Assembly: GCA_001179505.1 (NCBI GenBank)
Contig: CDMY01000613.1
Coordinates: forward strand, 1-64,000
Origin: Vitrella brassicaformis CCMP3155
Taxonomy: Eukaryota > Protista > Chromerida
DNA length: 64,000 bases
Direction: 5' to 3'
Both the position numbers and the translations under genes were made by a program. Positions 39,159-52,200 of the stretch are shown in pieces. The first letter of the stretch is position 1. Each line of letters starts with the position of its first letter. The notes below the pieces were generated by a model. That model ran no database searches. It was not told the origin of the DNA and saw only the letters and a program-made list of their open reading frames with translations.

Positions 39159-40327
39159 ATGGCTCTCTTGCTGTTCGTCCTGTTCGTCTGCGGAATGCTG
39201 CCCATTCATGGCTTCGGCAAGACGTCGGCACACAGGCGGCAACTCGGAGTGGCTGTGCTGATCAAGAAGCGACCGGTGCTCATCACAGATGTACACCATG
39301 ATCCGGCAAAGAGGCGCCGCGGCCGGAAGTGCACTTTGGAAGCAGCCTCGAGCCTCGCTGTCGATGTGCCTGTGATCGGTGGAGTGCACTTCGAGGTGAG
39401 TGAGGAGCGATGGATGCACAGATCCCCAGATATATGCCCAGACAGATGCACACACGAAGAAAGGACAATAACATGGAAGCATTGCAATGCAGAGATGCCG
39501 ATCTCCTTGTGTGTCTGTGGCGTCCCTGTGTGGTCAGGAATACCTGAGGTCTCCTGATTCGAAGGTGGCGCTGCTCAACACTGACGACTATGAGGATGTG
39601 GGCGACCACAGCTACAGGTAGGTCAATAACAACCGCCGCACACATAGCAGCCCGCCCCACTTCTTCGTCCATCCGTGTGCCAATCAGGTGTCGTATGAAG
39701 GGCATCCACTTCTGGTCTCTCCACATCACGCCGATCCTCACCTTCCGCATCGACAAGCACATCCACCGGGGAGTCGCCAACATCCAGGCCATCGAGGCGG
39801 ACATCGAGGCACGCGCCAACACACGACACCATGGCAACGGCAAGGACGGCACATCATCCGCCAGGATCGCTCTGCCAGACCAAACCCGACAACGTAACGG
39901 CAACGACCACCACCATTCCCACAGCCACAGCCACGACGCCCACCCAGGTCTGCATGCCCTGACGTACCCAGTGGAGATCGAGGCTGAGAATACCGTCAGG
40001 TGGTGCCAATCGCCCACACACACGTACACACGGACCACCACCTCCACCAGCAGCAGCAGCAGCAGCAATAAGGGGGCCCGGCCGTCATTCCGTCTGTCGA
40101 GCGACCTGCGTCTGAAGGTCAGCATCCACAAGCCGATCTGGGTGCTGCTTCCTGCCCACTTAATCGAGGTGGGCGGCAGCGCCATTCTGCGGCGCGCTTT
40201 GCGAAGCACTCTGCCTGAGTTTGTGGGCGGTTTGAGGACGGGCTATGTGGAGTGGGCGCATCGTCACCGGCATTTGTCGCTGAGAGAGAGGCTCTTTCGC
40301 TCGTCACACTCAGATGAGAAGGCGTGA
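39159..40327 (+). CDS. DUF1997-like (START/polyketide cyclase-fold) protein, probably plastid-targeted
   Basis: Leader MALLLFVLFVCGMLPIHG|F; CRMKGIHFWSLHITPILTFRI; LPAHLIEVGGSAILRRALRSTLPEFVGGLRTGYVEWA resembles the DUF1997 C-terminus. Confidence 0.65.
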
Positions 40328-40949
40328 TATGTGCGTGGGTGTGTGCGGATTTAGAGAGCGGTGCACGTGTGTGTGTGTCGATGACATTGAGGGAGGACAG
40401 GCATTTTGTCGTGGTGGAGGGTGGTGGGGTAGTGGGTGAGTGGACTGCGTGCATTCAAACAACCGGCCTCGTCATCAGTCTGGTGTGCGAGTCCATATTA
40501 TCGAGATCTGGTGCTGTCTGTCTATATGTGATTGAAAACCCAGCTCCTATATGATGTGATTGATTGAGAGCCTCTCTAAACCGCAAAAACTTCCAATTAG
40601 CTCCTTCCTGCCGTCCTGCCTGACTGCCTGATCTCTGATAGACTCTGAGCGCTAGAAAGCGTGTAGATAAACCGAAAAAAGCCTATGGTAGCCGCCCTTC
40701 GTGCAGCAGAGCGCGCTTCCGCCACAGCACCCTCACCACACGCACAGGCATCTAAATTGCAATGCAAAAACAACGAAGCCAGCCACCCATTCTGTGCCCA
40801 CCGAGGAAAAGCGCATCTAATCATTCGTCGGGCTAACGGACACAGAAGCTTATGTCAACTGCTGCCCGGCCCACACACACAGCAGCAGCACAAGAAAATG
40901 GGTGGATCATTCCCGCGCCCCTCCCTCCCTGCCTGCCTCCCCTACTGCC

Positions 40950-42094
40950 TCAGAGATCCTGAGACGCTACTCGCCTGGGGCTCTCGCGCGTCGACTCGGC
41001 CAGGTCAGCCACGCTGATGGTGTGCGACCGGCTCAGCCCCCCAAAAGACGTCGGCTGCTGCTCCTGCTGCTGCTGCTCGTAGTGCTGCTCGTGGTGGTGT
41101 TGGGCCGGTGTGATCTTCTTGCTGGCGTCTGGCGATCGGTCTTTGGGTGTTGCCGGTCGCTTGTTCATGGGGGGCAATTCGTGGGCCCACTTGGAGAGCC
41201 GCCGGCTGTGGGCGGCGGGCAGCTCGGTGGTGGGCGCCATCAGGCTCTTGACCATGCTGTCGTTGGACGCGCCGGCCTCGCCGTTGAGGACGTCCTCTGG
41301 CATCTCGATCTCGCCCTCAGCCCCCTCTCCCTCTCCCTCTCCCCCCTGCTCGGGCGACTCTCGCTCGATGTCGCTCGTCTCGGCGTCACTGGTGGGCCAT
41401 ATGACCTCGTGAGGCGTCTCAGCGCTCGAGCTGACGAGCAGGTTGGCCTCGCCATTGCCGATGCCGATGTGTGGGAAGTGGGGGACGCCGACCTCGCGGG
41501 TGGACAGGCGCTGCAGCCACTTGACGGGTGTGCTGTCGTTGTTGTCGAGGAGGGGGGCGTTTTGGCTGTCGCGGCCGTTGGCTGCCTGTGCGTGTGGGGG
41601 GTGTTTGGCGTGGTGGGTCTTGGAGGTGAGGCGGCATGCGGTGGGGATGTCGATCATGCACGCCAGACGCTTGTTGTAGTCTGCACAGCACACAGTACAC
41701 CAACACGATGGATGGATGGACCATCGTGCGTGCGGACGTACCTTCGTGCAGCTCGGCAAGAGGAAGGTCGTTTGCCCTCGTGCCGAAGGGAGTCTCCATC
41801 TCTGCACACACACACGTACGCACACACACACACGCCCTCCATCCATCCAACAAGCCGGTCGATCACATGCTTGTGGCCATTCCGTCCGGTATGCTTACGC
41901 AGGGAGCAGTCGACCATTGCGTGGAAGCCGCCGACAGCCAGTGCGGCGACGACGGGCGCGAGGTAGGGGTCCTCGATGAAGGAGGCCGACACGATGGGGA
42001 CCATGAAGGCCAGGATGAGCTGGAAAGTGTGCACCAGCTGCACATAGGGGAAGGGGAACGGGGTGTCCTGCCACACACACACACACGCACACAT

Positions 42095-42126
<32 letters not shown>

Positions 42127-43306
42127 GGACTACAGTACACCACGTGTGTGTGTGTGTTGGTGCTGGGTGTTTGTCTCACCCACCCCACCCACCCACCTCT
42201 ATTTTACAGGCTTGATTGTACGCCAGCATGGCGTTGCTCAGCTCTTGGAACAAACGCGTCTGTCACACACCAGACACCACACAACCGCACTCGTTCGTTT
42301 ATCGACCAGACCAATGAATGCATGGCCTCCTCTCCCCTCCTCCCCATTCCCTTCCCTCTCTGCCCGTACGTACCCACCCCGCCCACCTCACCTGTATGGG
42401 TGGCGCCACTGCCAGCCCGCCCTCGTGGCACCGCTTGACGATGCACTTGTTGAGCCAGTGCACCACCACATACGCCTGGTCCTGCACCTTCCCAAGCTTC
42501 ACCGTCTCCTCTTCGGATATCCCCCCGAAGATGGTCAAAGGGACCTGCCCACGCAGCAGGTACTGGATGGCCACGCCGTGCAGCAGCGACATCAGGTGCA
42601 GGAACTTCGCCCTGAAGTCGACGCCGCCCTTGACCGACTGCACGTCGGAAATCTCGTCAAACCTGCAACAACCAACCAACCACACACGCCACACAATACT
42701 TCTCCGTGTTGGTCAGAAAAGTGACGGATGGATGGATGGATGGAGTAGGGTGCTCATATCATGCAAGCTAAGGTCGTACGCGATTCCTTGTGTGGCGACG
42801 TCAGCGAGTTTGCTCGAGAAGGCCTGGATCTGTGTTCGCGCCTCCCAGTACCTCTGGTAGGCCATGTTGGTGTGGAAGACCGTCATGAAGGACACGACTA
42901 GGATGAAGGCGTGGAGGGGGTAGGGGTGGTACATCAGCCCGCCGCCCATGTCCTCGATCGTCACCTTCCAGTACTTGAGGGCGAACGTCAGAAACGCCGC
43001 GAATATGGCACGGGGGAGAGTCAGGTGCAGCACGGAGCCGCGGATGATGGGGATGAACCTGTAGCCCAGACACAAACAGACCAGACACACAATGTTAATG
43101 TCTGTCTGTCTGTCTGTCTGTCTGCCTGTGTGCTCCAAGGTGTGTTCGCCACCCACCGGAAGAACAGGCACTGGAAGCGCTGAAATGAGAAAAGCACAAC
43201 ACACACACACACACGCACACACACAGGCAAATCAGATCTCCACCATGGCATGGATGGTGCATGAGGCGTGCAGAGGATCCGGCTGGCTCACCTTGTAGCG
43301 GATCAT
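40950..43306 (-). CDS. Bestrophin-2/UPF0187 (YneE/VCCN1-like) anion channel
   Basis: MIRYK|RFQCLFFR|FIPIIRGSV; VFHTNMAYQRYWEAR; TPFPFPYVQLVHTF; ETPFGTRANDLPL; long disordered C-tail. Confidence 0.88.
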
Positions 43307-43545
43307 CGTTGCTCTGGCTGTGAGTGAGTGAGGGTGTCACACGTTCGTCGGAAGGGGGAAAGCTTCGACCTTATGGAAGCGGCACACAGCCTATGCTATG
43401 GCCTTGATTCTCTCGCGGTTTAACGTTCACCAACGTCTCCTTGGAGCGGTTTCAGGCAGCACCCTAGGCACTGCGAGCTTGACAGTGAGGACACACAGCC
43501 ACATCCCTAACACCGCGCGGGGTGAAGGAAGAACGCAATTAAAAG

Positions 43546-45531
43546 ATGATTCGGCAACCGCTGAGGAACATGCTCAGTGGAGTAGCAGAGCCGTTTCTGT
43601 TCCTTGTCGTCTTGACCTGCTGTCTGCCGGACGCAGCCGTGTGCCAGCCCAGCGGCGGCAGCGACCTGCAACTGCCGTTCGAGCTGCGTCGATTGGCGTT
43701 CGGCAGCTGCGCCAAGCAAAAGTACGTTCGGCAGCCCATATGGGACGTGGTTGCGGCCACTCAGCCTGATGCCTTCATCTGGACCGGCGACGCACACTAT
43801 GCGAGTGGACATCTGTCCAAGGAAGGGAAGCACACGAATGCATTCCATTTTGTGTGTGTATGTGTGTCAGATTGTTCGAGTGTGGCGTGTCTGCGGGAGG
43901 GGTACGCCAAGCAGTCGTCCGTGCCCGAGTACGCGGCCTTTGTGGGGAGCAAGGATGCCGATGGGCGGCCGGTTGTCGGCGGCATGTGGGACGACCATGA
44001 CTATGTATGGGATTCTCCACACACACACACATCTATCCATCTGTCTGTCTGTCTGTCTGGGTGGCTGGCTGCACTCGCTGCAGGGTGTGAACGACGGCGG
44101 CCAGTTCTACTCATTGAAGAACACCTCTCAATCGCTCTTCCTCGACTTCATCGGCGTGCCCACAGACTCGCCCCGCCGCTCACGGCAGGGCGTCTACTCG
44201 TCACTCTCATTCGGCACACCGCCACACAAGACCAAGCTGCTGATGCTCGACACGCGCTTCTTCCGTGACTGGCCCCTGCTACCCTCGGTGGGCTCCATAC
44301 GGCTGCCGGGCTCTGCCTTCATTGGCGCACTGGTGCGATTCAGCCTGGCTTTCTTCGGGTGGGTGGGTGGCTGGGTCTGTGTGGTCTGCCGGTGCATTGA
44401 ATATGTGTGTGTGTGTAGGTTTGGTGAGGGCTACAGCGGTGACGTGTTGGGTGAGGACCAGTGGATGTGGCTGGAGGAACAGCTGACGCACTCGGACGCG
44501 GCGGTGCACGTCATCCTCTCATCCATACAGGTAGCCAGCCAGCCACACGAGTTAACGAGTCGTGTGCGCGAGGGCGTGATTGATTCGTATTTTTATGTGT
44601 GTAGATCATGACAATGTGTGCCGTCTTTGAGTCCTGGGGGCACTTCCCCATCGCTAGGTACACACACACACGCCATCAGACACACACGCGGTTAGTCCTG
44701 TCTGTCTGTCTGTCTGTCATCAGGCAGCGTCTGTTCTCGCTCCTCCAGCGCACCAAGCCGAAGGGCCTCATCTTCATCAGTGGCGACGTGCACTTCGGAG
44801 AGGCCATCGGCAAATCAGTCAGCCTCTAGCTGACTGACATGGCACGTAGCCGCCGACCACTCACCACCCCATTTTTCCTGCTCTTTGCGTACGTGCAGAG
44901 TGGGGTCGTGGAGGTGACGTCGAGCGGCCTCACCCACAGCTGCGCCACAGCCACGCTGGTCGGCCCACTGTGCGAGCCCCTGCTCGTCAGGTGCCCACAC
45001 ATGAGGCTCGACCACAATGCCACCGCGTACTACGTGAGGGAGAACTTCGGTCTGCTCGATGTCCGGTTCGAGCCGCCGGATGCGCCGACGCCCAAGCGGG
45101 TGCACCTGCATGCGGCCGTGTTGGATGAGGATGGGAGGGAGCGGATCACGGCTAATGTGACACGAAGGTAAGGTATGGACCAGACAATCAGTCGCGGTGA
45201 CGCCTGGCAATGTCGTCTGTGTGTATGTCAGCCTCTCTGATGATCCGTCTGTGCCTCTGCGGTATCTGGATGAGGTGCCATCCTTAATTAGACACACGTA
45301 CGTGACGTGAGCCTATCCTCCCACACATGAGAGCAGTGCCCTCAGACACGTCCTCCCTCTCCCTGCCTCTGTGTGTGTGTGTGGGTGTTCAGGTCTCCGG
45401 TGACCAAAGGGGCGGTTTTTGCTGTTTTGGGGTTGGTGATGCTTGTGGGTGGGCAGGTCTTTGTGGTGCTGTGTGTGTCGATACTGCGGCTGTGCAGTGG
45501 GAAGAAGAAGGGCAAGAGGAAGACTGGATGA
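43546..45531 (+). CDS. phoD: PhoD-like alkaline phosphatase with signal peptide and C-terminal TM anchor
   Basis: LAFGSC, FIWTGDAHYA, MWDDHDYGVNDG, LDTRFFRD, LGEDQWMWLEEQL, SSIQV, ESWGHFP, FISGDVHFGE, EVTSSGLTH. The last exon is hydrophobic and ends KKKGKRKTG*. Confidence 0.93.
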
Positions 45532-45965
45532 AACGGGTAGGTAGAGTGTCGGATGTTCACGTGATAGAGACTTCTGTGTGTCCGAATCAATCTAATCTAT
45601 CTGCCGATCGATCAAAGCACACACAGGAAAAAGAAAGTGGCATCGCTATCGCATCTGTCTGTCTTTCTGTCGCTACAAACACACAATCAGTACAGACTCG
45701 CATCACTGCATCATCAATCATCCCGCTCCTGAGCCCCTTCCTCCTCCAGGCTGATACTCCCTCCTCAAATTGCGCCTCCTGTGAAATACATTCACTCATA
45801 GCGCAACGGCATGCAGGCAGAGTCTGTCGGTCTCTCAAGAAATGAACTGCGTCAATCGACCAACCCTCAATCATGCGACACACATGCCAGCACCATCCTC
45901 CTCCTCCTCCTCTTCTTTCTTCTTGGCCTGCTCCTCCCTCTCCCTCTTCTCCCCACCCGCATCCT

Positions 45966-46245
45966 TCACCCTGTGCGGCTCCACACGCACCACACCAGAC
46001 TGAACTCTGAGGCCGGCGGGCTCCATTCAAGCACAGTCGCGCGCCCCCTCTTCTTCATCTCAAAGTCGTCGTCATCCTTGACCTCGCTCCACGGCCTGTC
46101 GTAGACCTCCCCGATGATGGCCTTGGCCCTTGTGAGGGCCGTGGCCTCCGTGTCAAACACGCCGGCGATCTTGCTCTCCGGAACATCTGAGGTGTGGAAG
46201 CCGTCAGGGCGATATCCGACGGTTTGGAACACGATCCAGACCTCT
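45966..46245 (-). CDS. Host-like exon of a small unknown protein (EVWIVFQTVGY...GVFDTEATALTRAKAII), in frame with the retroelement RT ORF
   Basis: Codon usage switches abruptly to GC3-rich host style after a pyrimidine-rich ...tgtgccag acceptor-like site. No similarity to typical LINE C-termini is apparent. Confidence 0.45.
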
Positions 46246-49200
46246 GGCACACAATAAATGAACACAATTGGATGTGACCTGCGCCACAGACGATAACTAC
46301 AGGCATCAGGGGCAGTCACGCCATGCCGACCGACAATTGTGTGCAGAGTGTCCCGCAGAGAGCGATACAATGGACAGGATGCAAAAATATGAGACTCATC
46401 CTCAATGGGAGGGCGGGTGATTGATTGCCCAGTAAGGCTCACGGCAGATACGAGCAAGTCAGTTCTGTGCGAGCAAAACGGGCAGACGCTGCCCTCTCGC
46501 GGCCGGCCAAGGATGCGTCCATCCATGATGGCAGAAGGATAGCAGCCCACACGAAAAAGAAACAGAACACGCCGCTTACGAAACGGCAGTGACAGGTAGG
46601 AAGGAAAGCACGGCAACGGCTGAATGAGGCGATGGAGCCAGTCTTGCCCTTGGTGCACCACATGCATATACGCAGCAGCAGGCGCATATGGCGCCATACA
46701 CACAATCGAGTCGATGTCACACGGGCAGTCACGTAAGGGAGACGGAAAGGAACGATGTAGGCGAGGAAATGCTACAAGAAAGGCATGATTGAACAGAGAG
46801 GATGGCACGAACAGCTCCTTGCGTGCCTGAAAGAGGACCCAACGAGTAACAGCTGTCTGACCACACGCATATGTGCGCCAAGGCAGTAAGGATATCGCCT
46901 CGGCGGAGAGAGAGAGGGGCGGAGGAAGTGAGGGAGTGTTACGCATATCAGGCAACCGAGCACGATTCCATCGCTCGGTCAAAATACGAGCAAACCCTGC
47001 CTTTGTGTGCGCCGTGATCATCTGTTTGGTATCGATAGCACTCAGCGGGCCAATCCGACTAATCCGGACACGCTGGCCTATGAAATCGAATGTGCGTGCA
47101 AACAGAGTGAATGTGTTGTGTTTTTGCATGTAGAAGTAAGCGTCGTTGCCCTGCATGCATCGGAATGACGGAGCAGACCGATACGCATGCTGTGCAACAG
47201 CAAAAGCCTTCTCTGCAGGGATGCCAGCTCTGCGATTGCGCAGGCGGATATAGAAGGACAGCTGACGACAACGCGCCTCGAAGAGCACCGAAAAACGACC
47301 AAGCTCACACAGCAAGGCCCCAGTAGAGACCCGACGAGTGACCCACATACATGACAGCAAGTAGTGCCGATGGAGACGCTCTAGAGCATCACAGTTAGTG
47401 CCCGCCCACAACTCACTACCGTACAGGTAGACAGGCGCCACTGTGGCATCATACAGGTGGAAGCGTGTCTGTAGGTCAAGGGCAGGAAGCTGTCTAAGAC
47501 GACGTCGATATACCGCTAGCGCAGCCACCCCTTTCTTGGCCATCATGTCTGTATGATGCTTCCACCCTCCCCTCTCCATGAAACCATACACTCAGATAGC
47601 GGACCAACGGCAGTCGTTCTAGTAGCTTATCTGGCGTCCCAAAGTAGAACTGTCTGTCTGCCTCACTCGATGGCACCCGATCAGGATGAAACACAACAAC
47701 TTTCGTTTTGTCTAGGTGCACATCCATGTGGTTGACACGGCACCACTGAAACAAACGATCCAAGCTAAGTTGAAGCCCAGCACCAGTAGNNNNNNNNNNN
47801 NNNNNNNNNNNNNNNNNNNNNNNNNNNNNNNNNNNNNNNNNNNNNNNNNNNNNNNNNNNNNNNNNNNNNNNNNNNNNNNNNNNNNNNNNNNNNNNNNNNN
47901 NNNNNNNNNNNNNNNNNNNNNNNNNNNNNNNNNNNNNNNNNNNNNNNNNNNNNNNNNNNNNNNNNNNNNNNNNNNNNNNNNNNNNNNNNNNNNNNNNNNN
48001 NNNNNNNNNNNNNNNNNNNNNNNNNNNNNNNNNNNNNNNNNNNNNNNNNNNNNNNNNNNNNNNNNNNNNNNNNNNNNNNNNNNNNNNNNATATGTGCGCC
48101 AAGGCAGTAAGGATATCGCCTCGGCGGAGAGAGAGAGGGGCGGAGGAAGTGAGGGAGTGTTACGCATATCAGGCAACCGAGCACGATTCCATCGCTCGGT
48201 CAAAATACGAGCAAACTCTGCCTTTGTATGCGCCGTGATCATCTGTTTGGTATCGATAGCACTCAGCGGGCCAATCTGACTAATCCGAACACGCTGGCCT
48301 ATGAAATCGAATGTGCGCGCAAACAGAGTGAATGTGTTGTGTTTTTGCATGTAGAAGTAAGCGTCGTTGCCCTGCATGCGCCGGAATGATGGAGCAGACC
48401 GATACGCATGCTGTGCAACAGCAAAAGCCTTCTCTGCAAGGATGCCAGCTCTGCGATTGCGCAGGCGGATATAGAAGGACAGCTGGCGACAACGCGCCTC
48501 GAAGAGCACCGAAAAAAGACCAAGCTCACACAGCAAGGTCTCAGTAGAGACACGACGAGTGACCCCCATACATGACAGCAAGTAGTGCCGATGGAGACGC
48601 TCTAGAGCATCACGGTTAGTGCCCGCCTACAGCTCACTACCGTACAGGTGGACAGGCGCCACTGTGGCATCATACAGGTGGAAGCGTCTTTGTAGGTCAA
48701 GGGCAGGAAGCTGTCTAAGGCGACGTCGATATACCGCTAGCGCAGCCACCCCTTTCCTGGCCATCATGTCTATGTGATGCTTCCACCCGCCCCTCTCATG
48801 AAACCATACACTCAGATAGCGGACCAACGGCACTCGTTCTAGTAGCTTATCTGGCGTCCCAAAGTAGAACTGTCTGTCTGCCTCACTCGATGGCACCCGA
48901 TCAGGATGAAACACAACAACTTTGGTTTTGTCTAGGTGCACATTCATGTGGTTGACACGACACCACTGAAACAAACGATCCAAGCTAAGTTGAAGCCCAG
49001 CACCAGTAGTGTGCATGAGAGCGAGGTCATCAGCATACAGCAGGCAGAAGACGAGCACATCGAGTAAACGGAGAAGGTCAGGTGGAGATGCATGTCCATC
49101 GCGAATGAAGCCAGGCAAATCATTAACAAAGAGGGAAAACAGCAAGGGGCCCAGAACATCGCCTTGCTTCACACCATGCAGCTCATTGAAGACGGTAGAG

Positions 49201-52200
49201 AAACCCTCATACCCGCCATCCACACAAGCCTCTACATTTGCATACAGGGCCTCGAGAGCTCGAACGAGTCGCTCGCTAATGCCACTAGCACGTAACTTAC
49301 ACCACAGCAGGCTACGATTGATCGAGTCGAACGCCTTGCGAAACTCAACAAAACAAACATACAGAGGGGAGTTAGCTCGCCTGGCCCGCTCGATGAGCGA
49401 TGCCAAGACAAAGCACTGACCGATCGTGGAGTGGTTTGTGCGAAAACCTGCCTGCTCAGGGCATATTGTTGACTGACGCAGCAGCTCTGACTGAAGCACA
49501 TTACCATACAGCTTCATGAAGACAGGCAGTAAGTGAATCNNNNNNNNNNNNNNNNNNNNNNNNNNNNNNNNNNNNNNNNNNNNNNNNNNNNNNNNNNNNN
49601 NNNNNNNNNNNNNNNNNNNNNNNNNNNNNNNNNNNNNNNNNNNNNNNNNNNNNNNNNNNNNNNNNNNNNNNNNNNNNNNNNNNNNNNNNNNNNNNNNNNN
49701 NNNNNNNNNNNNNNNNNNNNNNNNNNNNNNNNNNNNNNNNNNNNNNNNNNNNNNNNNNNNNNNNNNNNNNNNNNNNNNNNNNNNNNNNNNNNNNNNNNNN
49801 NNNNNNNNNNNNNNNNNNNNNNNNNNNNNNNNNNNNNNNCAAAGTAGAACTGTCTGTCTGCCTCACTCGATGGCACCCGATCAGGATGAAACACAACAAC
49901 TTTGCTTTTGTCTAGGTGCACATCCATGTGGTTGACACGACACCACTGAAACAAACGATCCAAGCTAAGTTGAAGCCCAGCGCCAGTAGTGTGCATGAGA
50001 GCGAGGTCATCAGCATATAGCAGGCAGAAGACGAGCAGATCGAGTAAACGGAGAAGGTCAGGTGGAGATGCATGTCCGTCGCGAATGAAGCCAGGCAAAT
50101 CAATTAACAAAGAGGGAAAACAGCAAGGGGCCCAGAACATCGCCTTGCTTAACACCATGCAGCTCATTGAAGACGGTAGAGAAACCCTCATACCCGCCAT
50201 CCACACGAGCCTCTACATTTGCATACAGGGCCTCGAGAGCTCGAACGAGTCGCTCGCTAATGCCACTAGCACGTAACTTACACCACAGCAGGCTACGATT
50301 GATCGAGTCGAACGCCTTGCGAAAATCAACAAAACAAACAGAGGGGAGTTAGCTCGCCTGGCCCGCTCGATGAGCGATGCCAAGACAAAGCACTGACCGA
50401 TCGTGGAGTGGTTTGTGCGAAAACCTGCCTGCTCAGGGCATATTGTTGACTGACGCAGCAGCTCTGACTAAAGCACATTACCATACAGCTTCATGAAGAC
50501 AGGCAGTAAGTGAATCCCTCTATAATTGCCAGGGTCATTCAGGGGGCCTTTCTTATGGATGGGATGAATGAGAATGCGATCAAATGAATATCCCCAGTGA
50601 GACGCCCGAAAGAAAGTGGAGAACACAGCAGCGAGATCATGCAGTAGTGGGTCCCCCATTTGACGGACCACAGAGTAAGTAATCCCATCCATGCCTGGTG
50701 CACTCGACTTAGAGCAGCTAGTCAGGGCACCATGCAGGTCGGCAGAAGTGAAGGGTTGATGTACCTGCCAGCTGACTACCAAAGGCGGGCCACGCACCGC
50801 CTCATTCAGCAGCTCAGCCAGCGCAGGAGACATTGCATTGAAGTACGGTACATTGAGGCCTTGAAAAAGCTCGGCAAACGCACCAGCGAACACATCAGCT
50901 GACGGACAGTCAACAGGCAACCGAGATGATGTGCCGGGGGGGGAGAGCAAGCGCCAGAAGTCGCGAGGGCAGCGGCGCGAAAGGGTCACCTCTCGCAACA
51001 ATGCACTGGCCCGAGCAGACTTGTGGCTACGACAGACACGATCACGATAGCTGCGGGCACGCAATGACTCATCTAGCATGCGGGCAGTATCCTGTGCAGA
51101 CCCATATCGTAGCGCATATATATAAGCACGGTATGCATGAGACGCACGCGAGATTGCACGATTGACCTCAGGGGAGCGAGGACATTTAGACACGCCAAAA
51201 TGACGGCCCTTGCCTTCTAGCTGGTTGAGGAGGGTGTGTGCAGCCCTCGCTCGACAGTCGATAAGACGACCGTGCCGATGCAAGAGACGAGTCAGTGAGT
51301 CAAGCAGTGCTCGCGCGCAGGATGCCGCTTGAACGGCATCCCCACGTCGACATGCATCAGAATGTGCTGAGCGCAGATGAATGTGAGCAGGGTCAGTCGC
51401 CAATGATGCACGAATAGCACCGACAGCCTGCGCACCCCACACGTATCTCACCCTACCCTGCCTTTTGACAACAGTCGTACTGGTGACGAAAGTATCCTTG
51501 GGGACGAAAATAGGGGCCGTTGGCGGGTTCAGATAACTCCAGGTGTGCAGCATGCCTTGCTTGTGGGCAGGCTGGTAGGGTGGGAGGCTGGTAGCTGTCT
51601 GCATGGACGCCAGCGACGGGTTGCTCGTGGAGCGAGAGAAGATTTGGCCCTCACGGTCGAGCTCCTCCTGCTGCTCCTCCGTGATTGGCGTCAGCACGGG
51701 GTGCGACGCGTTGGCACTGTGCGCTGCATGGGGTGGGCAAGAGGGGAGCGGCTGGTCAGGGGGTGAGTAGGGGGTGGGATATGGGCATGTGGGCGGGTGA
51801 GAGAGTGGGGGCTGCTGATGCGGTCCAGAGGGAGTGGACGACGCCGCCGGCATGGACGCGACAGACGCACCGGGAGGGAGGAAGGGGACATACGGCATGG
51901 GCGGCGCCATCGGCGCCATATATGGCGCCGATGGTGCCATCGATGTGCCTGGCGCCGAGGACCCTGACGGCCTCAATGGCGCGACGGCCATGGGTGGGCC
52001 GGCCGGCAGGGGCGGCATCGGTACACTCGCCGGCATGGACGCACTTGGCGGGCCCATTTGGGTCGGCAGGCCCGCTGTACCCGATAGCGGCTGCGGGTAC
52101 GTCTGCGGATGCGGCAGAAGGGGTGCCGCCTGCTGGATTGGCCCACGGCGACGTTGGCATTGGTTGGGCGTCGGTCGAGGAGGGCGAGAGGATGGGGCGG

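Noticed and set aside
46150-46230. RPDG...FD as a restriction-like endonuclease active site
   Set aside because: Spacing loosely resembles RLE, but the RH motif and downstream K..KY are missing and codon usage is host-like. Kept only as a minor alternative.
47550-50520. Apparent tandem array of three RT genes
   Set aside because: Each repeat junction coincides with a 300-N gap, so the true copy number cannot be inferred; probably mis-scaffolded reads from dispersed copies.
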